DNA of 64,000 nucleotides from a virus (Duplodnaviria; Heunggongvirae; Uroviricota; Caudoviricetes): IMG/VR virus record IMGVR_UViG_3300031413_000570; one strand, 5' to 3'. Shown piece by piece: positions 57,605 to 64,000 of this stretch (position 1 is its first letter; each line of letters starts with the position of its first letter). The notes under the pieces were generated by a model. It saw only the letters and a program-made list of their open reading frames with translations, ran no database searches and was not told where the DNA came from. The position numbers and the translations under genes were made by a program.

Positions 57605-58387
57605 TTATGCATTCTTCTCTGTGTGGGTAGTCAGCATGGTTGTGTAACGGTTCACACCTTCAGGCCCGATGAGCTCTGAAGCTGGGATAATCTGCAACAG
57701 TTCACCTTTAGACATGATGTTCACAGAATCAGATACATCAACAAGGAGGTTCTGAAGATGGGTTGAGACGATGACAGCTGTGCCGGCTTCACGAGCATCA
57801 CTAATAGCTGCGTTGATGATGTCTACACCAAGAGGGTCTACACCGTCGAAAGGTTCATCGAGAATGAGTAACTTGTCTGCTGAAATGTAAGCAAGGAGAA
57901 CACTGAGTCGTCTCATCATTCCGTGGGAGAATCCCGAGACCGGAGTGTTTTTGAACTCAGCTAAGTTGAATCGTTCAATCTCAGCTTGACCTTTTTCATA
58001 CAGAGATTTGTCTCGGTGCAGTGAAGCTAAGAGTCGAACATGTTCCAGAGGAGTTGCTCCTGAGATGAGTCCACCTACGTCAGGACAATACCCTGTCAGC
58101 GTTCTTGCTTTGTTGGCGCCTTTGAAAGTTTTTGTACTCACTCCTCCAATGGTGATTTCGCCAGCAGTGGGTTTGATTACTCCACCCAGGACTCGAAGGG
58201 TTGTAGATTTACCTGCACCGTTTCCACCCAGAACGCCACGCACTTCACCAGCTTCCACGGAGAAAGAAACATCTTTCACTGCTGTGAACTCTTCATATTT
58301 CACTAACAGACTGTTGACACTAACCACATCATTCATAACCTCTATTATAGGCTGGTTATACGTGTAAGCCGATAAGTACGGAATCAT
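57605..58387 (-). CDS. ABC transporter ATP-binding protein
   Basis: Walker A GGNGAGKST, divergent signature FSHGMMRRL, Walker B LLILDEPFDGVD and H-loop VIVSTH. Confidence 0.8.
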   Translation of the reverse strand: MIPYLSAYTYNQPIIEVMNDVVSVNSLLVKYEEFTAVKDVSFSVEAGEVRGVLGGNGAGKSTTLRVLGGVIKPTAGEITIGGVSTKTFKGANKARTLTGYCPDVGGLISGATPLEHVRLLASLHRDKSLYEKGQAEIERFNLAEFKNTPVSGFSHGMMRRLSVLLAYISADKLLILDEPFDGVDPLGVDIINAAISDAREAGTAVIVSTHLQNLLVDVSDSVNIMSKGELLQIIPASELIGPEGVNRYTTMLTTHTEKNA

Positions 58388-59075
58388 GCTATACCGTGGA
58401 ACTAAACTTATCTTGTCTGGCTTTCTGCTGGCAGGTGTTTCTATGCTTGCTTTTGGAGCGTTGAGTCAACCTTCAGCCAATCTTGAGCAGAACAGTGCTT
58501 ATGGCAGTGTTAGCATTCCACCAGCATCTAACGGTATTTTGACCCAGTGCGGAGATACTTTCGTGTTCAGTCCGCAGGACGGTCAGTACGGAACCATTCC
58601 TGAAGATTACACGGAAGAAGTTCCTCGTCATCCAATGATTATCCCTGCTTACGGGTACATGTCACCCGCCCCATTTGATACTGACTCAATAGAAAGTATC
58701 AAACCGCGAGGCAATCCTTACAGCAATGAAGAAGTCCTTCGAGCTGAATGGGAAGGACACAAAGTTATTTGGACTTCCACTAACTATCCTGATGACGGTT
58801 ATGAGTTCGTTCGAGACTTTGCTGACAAATGGAACGACACCCATGAAGACAAGCTACTTGTTCTGAGCTGGCCAGCTGATGCTGATATGCCTTCTGGTCG
58901 TTTGATTGCTTTCAGTCAATGGGGAGCAACTCAAACATGCATGGCTTTCTCCGAACCAACCTTCCAGGACTTCATGGAAAACGCCAATAAGTACTCTTCC
59001 GAACGAGATGAGCAGAACCCTCCAGTGGCACCAACTACTGACGGTTTGCTGGACCCTATCGCTGTACGTTCATAA
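58386..59075 (+). CDS. secreted protein, hypothetical
   Basis: N-terminal hydrophobic signal LILSGFLLAGVSMLAFGALS. 229 aa. Confidence 0.45.
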   Translation: MLYRGTKLILSGFLLAGVSMLAFGALSQPSANLEQNSAYGSVSIPPASNGILTQCGDTFVFSPQDGQYGTIPEDYTEEVPRHPMIIPAYGYMSPAPFDTDSIESIKPRGNPYSNEEVLRAEWEGHKVIWTSTNYPDDGYEFVRDFADKWNDTHEDKLLVLSWPADADMPSGRLIAFSQWGATQTCMAFSEPTFQDFMENANKYSSERDEQNPPVAPTTDGLLDPIAVRS

Positions 59076-59116
59076 GCCTTGTTCTTTTCTTCAAACATCT
59101 GTGATACACTTAGGGC

Positions 59117-59938
59117 ATGGAAGCTTTTGATATTGTTGGTGTAGCAGGCGATTGGCATGGTAATACTGGCTGGGCTGGTATCGCAATCGCACGCTTTGCC
59201 GAGCTTGGAATCCAGCACATCCTTCATCTGGGTGATTTCGGTTTCTGGCCAGGCAATAATGGACAAAAGTATCTTTACAAGACCAACAAGCGTCTTGCGG
59301 CAAATGGGCAAGTATTGTATGTGACTTTGGGTAACCATGAGGACTATGTACAAATCAGCCGGCTGCAACCGTCACAGTTCCCTGGCTGGCGTTACAACCC
59401 TGAGTACCCTCACATTCTTGTAGCTGACCGTGGAGCAAGGTGGGAGTGGAATGGTCGTACCTTCGTCTCTCTTGGAGGAGCGAACAGCATCGACTTCATT
59501 GGTCGTACCGAGAATAGGACTTGGTGGAAAGCTGAGCAGATTACTCTGGATGATGTCTTCAAGACAGTGATGCATGGCCATGCTGACATCATGCTGGCTC
59601 ATGACTGCCCTGCAGGTGTGAACCTGTTCGGGTCTCATCGAGAAGACCATGGTATCTGGTCTCCAACAGAGATGCGTTACGCAAACCAGTCACGTGCAAT
59701 GATGCGTCAAGCTGTCGATGGAGTAAAACCTAACTTATTCCTTCATGGTCATTACCATTTCTTTGCAGACCATGAAACTGTGCTGAATGATGGGCTGGAT
59801 GAGTACACTCTTCACAGCATCGGTTTGGATATGGATGGTTCCAAGAATAACCTTGCTATTTTAGAGTTGTCTACCCTTGACCTGGAAATCATTCCCATGT
59901 CTTGGAATGCTTTGAAAGAGCATTATGTTGGTCGTTAA
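59117..59938 (+). CDS. metallophosphoesterase (Ser/Thr phosphatase / calcineurin-like)
   Basis: GDWHGN, GDFGFW, GNHED and HGHYH motifs in canonical order. Confidence 0.7.
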   Translation: MEAFDIVGVAGDWHGNTGWAGIAIARFAELGIQHILHLGDFGFWPGNNGQKYLYKTNKRLAANGQVLYVTLGNHEDYVQISRLQPSQFPGWRYNPEYPHILVADRGARWEWNGRTFVSLGGANSIDFIGRTENRTWWKAEQITLDDVFKTVMHGHADIMLAHDCPAGVNLFGSHREDHGIWSPTEMRYANQSRAMMRQAVDGVKPNLFLHGHYHFFADHETVLNDGLDEYTLHSIGLDMDGSKNNLAILELSTLDLEIIPMSWNALKEHYVGR

Positions 59939-59976
59939 ATATTTGAAGCCCTACTGATTAGTAGGGCTTCAAATAT
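59939..59976 (+). terminator. hairpin ATATTTGAAGCCCTACT-GATT-AGTAGGGCTTCAAATAT
   Basis: Perfect 17-bp stem directly after the stop. Confidence 0.6.
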
Positions 59977-59999
59977 TTGATAGTTCATGAGCCGAGAAC

Positions 60000-61277
60000 T
60001 CAACCTATTTTTGTGAGTTTAACATCGTCCCATAAAATATTGGTAGGAAACTGACCAGGACTTTTTGGTGCATACGTCCTTACAATAATTTCTCTTGTTT
60101 CATCACCCGTAGTAGTAAAGGTTGAACTCATAGGCTTCCAACCATCAAGAGAGACAAGAGACCTACTGTATGTTGTAGCCCCTTCTGTTTCTATGTACCA
60201 AGTTGAGTTTTCTGAGATGCTTCCCAGTAAAGATAATTGATAGGTACCTGGTTCAAGGTCTTTTACTGTCAATCTTAGATAAACATTAGCATCTTTGAAG
60301 CCGTTAGTAGACAGAGCATCGCTGTTACTTCTATCAACAGTTGACCCTTGATTTGTCACCTGCCCTGCACCACCCGGAGCCCTCCAGGTTCCACTGTCAA
60401 CTCTTACATCTAATTTGCCAGAGCCCGAAATAGTTTTACCATTATTGTAATATATTACAGTAGGACTAAAAGGGTTAATAACTAATGTCTTTGTAATTGT
60501 TACCTGCCCTGCTTTGTTAGTGGCTGTCACAACAACTGTACCGTTAAAAGTATTTTTGGGAGTACCACTCACTACCCCTGTTTCTGCATTCAAAGTCAAA
60601 CCTAATGGAAGCGAAGCTACAGTGAAAGTAGGTGCAGGGGTACCAGAAGCACTAAAAGTGTAAGAGTAAGATGTGCCTACATTGCCAACTGGCATAGCAG
60701 AGGTGGAAGTAAAGACTGGTGCTACAGCAGGAACCGCAGGAGCTGTAGGGGCTGTAGGAATAGTATCAGAACCATCATCTATTGTTGGGTCCACAATAAC
60801 AACAGGGTCACTGTTGCCATCACCGTCAACATCAACCTCAGCAGTAACACAAGGAACAATACCAGCAGTCAGGACCTGTGCTTCTTTATTGCTATTCAAA
60901 GCATAGAACCATTTACCTGAACCCGACTTTGCATACGCATGGTAATCTTTCCCATCCACAGTAGAAACAGTGCAATAAGTAGGGTTAGAAGTCAACAAAC
61001 TGTTCGAGCTCAGCTCGACAGAGTTAGCGAAACTGTTCTTTTTACCACCCACGAGTTCCTGGCTTGGGTCAGAAGACAAACCAAAGAACGCGTTCTGTGC
61101 AGTATGGACAGAATCAAGCTGCTGTTTCGCGGCTTTATCTTGAGACCATGGGATAACAGCAAAAACTGTTGCTGCAATGACGCCACCAATCAAACCAATG
61201 ACAATGACACCGACCATGATCGAGGCTAAATCGATAGCAGCTTTAGAGGACTGCAAGGCCTTACTGAGGGTAAGCAT
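60000..61277 (-). CDS. pilin-like N-terminal domain protein (paralog 2) with Thr/Pro linker and C-terminal beta-rich domain
   Basis: N-terminal 150 aa nearly identical to 61407/62891: MLTLSKALQSSKAAIDLASIMVGVIVIGLIGGVIAATVFAVIPWSQDKAAKQQLDSVHTAQNAF ... YC ... DGKDYHAY ... SGSGK.FYALNSNK ... PC. C-terminus ...DDVKLTKIG is shared with 62891. Confidence 0.55.
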   Translation of the reverse strand: MLTLSKALQSSKAAIDLASIMVGVIVIGLIGGVIAATVFAVIPWSQDKAAKQQLDSVHTAQNAFFGLSSDPSQELVGGKKNSFANSVELSSNSLLTSNPTYCTVSTVDGKDYHAYAKSGSGKWFYALNSNKEAQVLTAGIVPCVTAEVDVDGDGNSDPVVIVDPTIDDGSDTIPTAPTAPAVPAVAPVFTSTSAMPVGNVGTSYSYTFSASGTPAPTFTVASLPLGLTLNAETGVVSGTPKNTFNGTVVVTATNKAGQVTITKTLVINPFSPTVIYYNNGKTISGSGKLDVRVDSGTWRAPGGAGQVTNQGSTVDRSNSDALSTNGFKDANVYLRLTVKDLEPGTYQLSLLGSISENSTWYIETEGATTYSRSLVSLDGWKPMSSTFTTTGDETREIIVRTYAPKSPGQFPTNILWDDVKLTKIG

Positions 61278-61406
61278 AAATGGATACTTTCTGTAGGGAT
61301 AATTTTAATAGGGTATTGGTTGTCATGGTTCCAAAGTTTCCTACTATAGTCTCTATCGTATTTTTATATGACTTAGAGCATTATATTAGTTGTTAAATAG
61401 TTGATG

Positions 61407-62795
61407 TTATTTGAACTTAGGAAGTTCCGCCGCAACTAGTATACCGTTAGCATTGAAACTGGAGTAACCTGTAACTTTCGCTACATTCCATCCACTCAGG
61501 TTTTGCTTAAAGGCTTTAGCCCCATCAAACATAGATGCCATACGAGTCACATTGACGGTGTTCCATCCGCTGATGTCTTGGTTGAACGATGTCACTTTGT
61601 AGAACATTGCAAACATATCAGTCACTTTACTAGTGTCCCATGAACTAATGTTGCTATTGAAAGCATTAGCTAACCAGAACATACCAACCATATCTGTTAC
61701 GTTACTGGTGTTCCACTTGCTCAAATCTTGGTTGAACACAGTATTTTCTCGGAAAGTGTTGTTCATCTTTGTTACGTTACTGGTGTCCCATTTGGATACG
61801 TTGGGACTGTTGAACTTAGTTGCCCCGTAAAAGGTGTTTGCTAAAGTAGTAATAAGCGGAGGTAATGTATCTGGAACTGATACTAAGTTAGTAGAACCGT
61901 AAAAACCGTTTGCGATGTTGTTAAACTTAGAAGTATCTCCCCATGAATCGACACTTACCAAGCAAGGGGCACTGGCTACACTAATACTGCTCATCTGACT
62001 GTAAGTACCAGTCATCTGAATAGTGTAAGTTTTGCCTGGGGTGACATCAAAAATTGGGTTAGAAGGAGACGTGTAAGTTTTTTCTACTCCATCGCTGAGA
62101 AGGGCTTTACCGACAAAATCAATTGTTGGGGTTGCATATTTATTGATATTTGCAGGGCAGTTGATGGTCAAAGCAAGAGGATTCACAGGAGCCGTAGGAG
62201 TTGTTCCTACGCCAGTGCCACCAGAACCAGTGCCAGGTGTAGTTGTTCCGCCACCTGTTCCGCCAGTGCTTCCTGGAGTAACACCTACAGGGGAGGTTCC
62301 GTTGTCTACAGCTGGGTCGACACCCACAACACCAGTAGAGGCGTCAACAACACAGGGGAAAGCACCTGTGAACACTTGTGCTTGCTTGTTGCTGTTCAAA
62401 GCATAGAAAGTCTTACCTGAACCAGACTTTGAATAAGCGTGATAGTCTTTGCCATCAGCAGTAGGTACAACACAATAGTTAGGGTTTGATGTCAGGAGTG
62501 CGTTGGAAGCCAGTTCAGCTGAATCAGCAAATGTATTCCTGAGTTCGCGGGTGCTGTTTGTTTTATTTTTCAGTGCAGTCGACGCATCAGCACTAAAGCC
62601 ATAAAAAGCGTTCTCAGCTGTGTGAATCGACTCTAACTGCTGCTTTGCTGCTTTGTCCTGAGACCAAGGGATAACAGCAAAAACTGTTGCTGAGATGACT
62701 CCACCGATCAAACCAATGATGATGACACCAACCATAATGGAGGCTAAGTCAATAGCAGCTTTGGAGGACTGCAAAACCTTATTCAGGGTAAGCAT
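61407..62795 (-). CDS. pilin-like N-terminal domain protein (paralog 3) with Gly/Thr/Pro linker and DUF285/BspA-like repeats
   Basis: Same N-terminal module. C-terminal tandem repeats of about 25 aa (WNTSNVTDMVGMF ... FNQDISGWN) match the Mycoplasma/BspA DUF285 pattern. Confidence 0.55.
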   Translation of the reverse strand: MLTLNKVLQSSKAAIDLASIMVGVIIIGLIGGVISATVFAVIPWSQDKAAKQQLESIHTAENAFYGFSADASTALKNKTNSTRELRNTFADSAELASNALLTSNPNYCVVPTADGKDYHAYSKSGSGKTFYALNSNKQAQVFTGAFPCVVDASTGVVGVDPAVDNGTSPVGVTPGSTGGTGGGTTTPGTGSGGTGVGTTPTAPVNPLALTINCPANINKYATPTIDFVGKALLSDGVEKTYTSPSNPIFDVTPGKTYTIQMTGTYSQMSSISVASAPCLVSVDSWGDTSKFNNIANGFYGSTNLVSVPDTLPPLITTLANTFYGATKFNSPNVSKWDTSNVTKMNNTFRENTVFNQDLSKWNTSNVTDMVGMFWLANAFNSNISSWDTSKVTDMFAMFYKVTSFNQDISGWNTVNVTRMASMFDGAKAFKQNLSGWNVAKVTGYSSFNANGILVAAELPKFK

Positions 62796-62890
62796 AGTTA
62801 AATACTTTCTTTAGGGGATAATGTTGATAAGAGATTGATTGCGACGATTCTAAGTTGACCGTTGGAATCTCTATCAGAATTTTGAGAATT

Positions 62891-64000
62891 TTAGAGCGTT
62901 CCGGTCTTAATGATCTTCACGTCGTCAATCATGAGATAAGAAGTAGTCTCCCCTGCATCAGTTCCAGTCCAGTTGAGATAGTAAGTTCCTTCTTCTGTTA
63001 CAGTGAAATCTACTCCATGGGTCTCCCAAACATAAGCTGAAGTCCCTCCGTTAGATTGGAACCCTGGAGTCCATGTTGTCGATGCTACTGTTGCACCAGT
63101 AGTTTTTTTAGCACTCAAAGTCCAGGTGTTCCAAGAACCGTTTGCACCTTTTGCCGTATAACCAGAAGCTGAATATGTACCTGGAGTAAGAGTTACTGTA
63201 GGTCCGGTTATATAACCATTATTTGCTGCGTTTCGCATTTCGAGGGCTTTTGTGGCGTTTATTCTACTGAAGTTTGCGTACAATCCAGAGTATTGAGCCC
63301 GGTTAGCAGATATTGCGTTAGAGTCTGTTGTCTTAACTTTCAAGTTCGCACCAGTGCCATTAGTACCGCTGGAATTATAGTAATTCCAGCCAGCTGGAAG
63401 AGCGTTGAAAGCTTCTCCTTCAAAATCAGTAGAATAAACTACTGTTCCGACTGGTACTCCGTAATCTGAACCAGGTGTTGGGGTAGGAGTAGTTGGGGCA
63501 GTTCCAGGAGTTGTTCCCACTGGAGTTGTGCCGTTATCGACGGTAGGGTCAACAATAACTACTCCGTTAGCATCAGTGATACAAGGGTAGGTACCAGTGA
63601 AGACCTGTGCTTGTTTGTTACTGTTCAAAGCATAGAATGTTTTACCTGAAGATGATTTAGCATAAGCGTGGTAGTCCTTACCATCAACAGTATTCACTAC
63701 ACAGTAGTTAACATTTGAGGTCAGCAAGTTATTTGAAGCTAATTCAGCTGAGTTCGTGAAACTGTTCTTCTTCCCACCTACAAGGTTCTGGCTTGGGTCA
63801 GAGGATAAACCAAAGAACGCGTTCTCTGCAGTATGGACAGAATCCAGCTGTTGTTTCGCTGCTTTGTCTTGAGACCAAGGAATGACAGCGAAAACAGTTG
63901 CGGCGATGACGCCACCGATCAAACCAATGATGATGACACCAACCATGATGGAGGCTAAATCGATAGCAGCTTTGGAGGACTGCAAAACCTTACTGAGGGC
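62891..64000 (-). CDS. pilin-like N-terminal domain protein (paralog 4), 5' end runs off the window
   Basis: The ORF continues to the window edge (ALSKVLQSSKAAIDLAS...). The head domain and the ...DDVKIIKTGTL C-terminus are shared with 60000. Confidence 0.5.
   Translation of the reverse strand, partial: ALSKVLQSSKAAIDLASIMVGVIIIGLIGGVIAATVFAVIPWSQDKAAKQQLDSVHTAENAFFGLSSDPSQNLVGGKKNSFTNSAELASNNLLTSNVNYCVVNTVDGKDYHAYAKSSSGKTFYALNSNKQAQVFTGTYPCITDANGVVIVDPTVDNGTTPVGTTPGTAPTTPTPTPGSDYGVPVGTVVYSTDFEGEAFNALPAGWNYYNSSGTNGTGANLKVKTTDSNAISANRAQYSGLYANFSRINATKALEMRNAANNGYITGPTVTLTPGTYSASGYTAKGANGSWNTWTLSAKKTTGATVASTTWTPGFQSNGGTSAYVWETHGVDFTVTEEGTYYLNWTGTDAGETTSYLMIDDVKIIKTGTL

Noticed and set aside
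38154-64000. Canonical prepilin peptidase substrates (G|FTLIE) among the pilin-like proteins
   Set aside because: None of the four N-termini has Gly at -1 or Glu at +5. The family is pilin-like in architecture only, so the class III signal peptide call was not made.

Overview
The window is densely coding, mostly on the minus strand from 1 to 46 kb, and its gene content resembles the auxiliary region of a large, T4-like bacteriophage. It encodes nucleotide metabolism (dCMP deaminase, class Ib ribonucleotide reductase beta subunit, MazG, a dNMP-kinase fused to a Dcm methyltransferase), RNA repair (two RNA ligases and polynucleotide kinase/phosphatase), RNase HI, NucS and DnaK. No capsid, tail, terminase or DNA-polymerase genes are recognisable here. 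Several features point to an actinobacterial host: the DnaK N-terminus ([14 protein letters not shown]), a NucS homolog, an LAxTG cell-wall anchor, and a TTGCAA-N16-TATAAT promoter placed for a near-leaderless mRNA. The findings that stand out are:
- A translationally coupled four-gene NAD+ operon (racemase-like, PP-loop NadE-like, 2OG-Fe(II) oxygenase, NMNAT fused to a type I PRTase), plus a canonical nadE and a perfect palindromic operator just upstream of the operon.
- An ADP-ribosylation arsenal: four R-S-ExE mono-ADP-ribosyltransferases (one split by a 7-nt insertion) and a WGR-PARP.
- A conserved N-terminal C-x7-C-x2-H motif on all four ART loci and on a HAD nucleotidase, a candidate packaging/injection signal.
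- Four large paralogous proteins with a type IV pilin-like N-terminal helix and head domain, together with a phage-encoded signal peptidase I, an LAxTG surface protein and secreted phosphoesterases.
- A LAGLIDADG intein inserted exactly at the catalytic Cys of the C5-cytosine methyltransferase.
Functional calls rest on motifs read by eye, and hand-counted coordinates for small elements may be off by about 1 nt.
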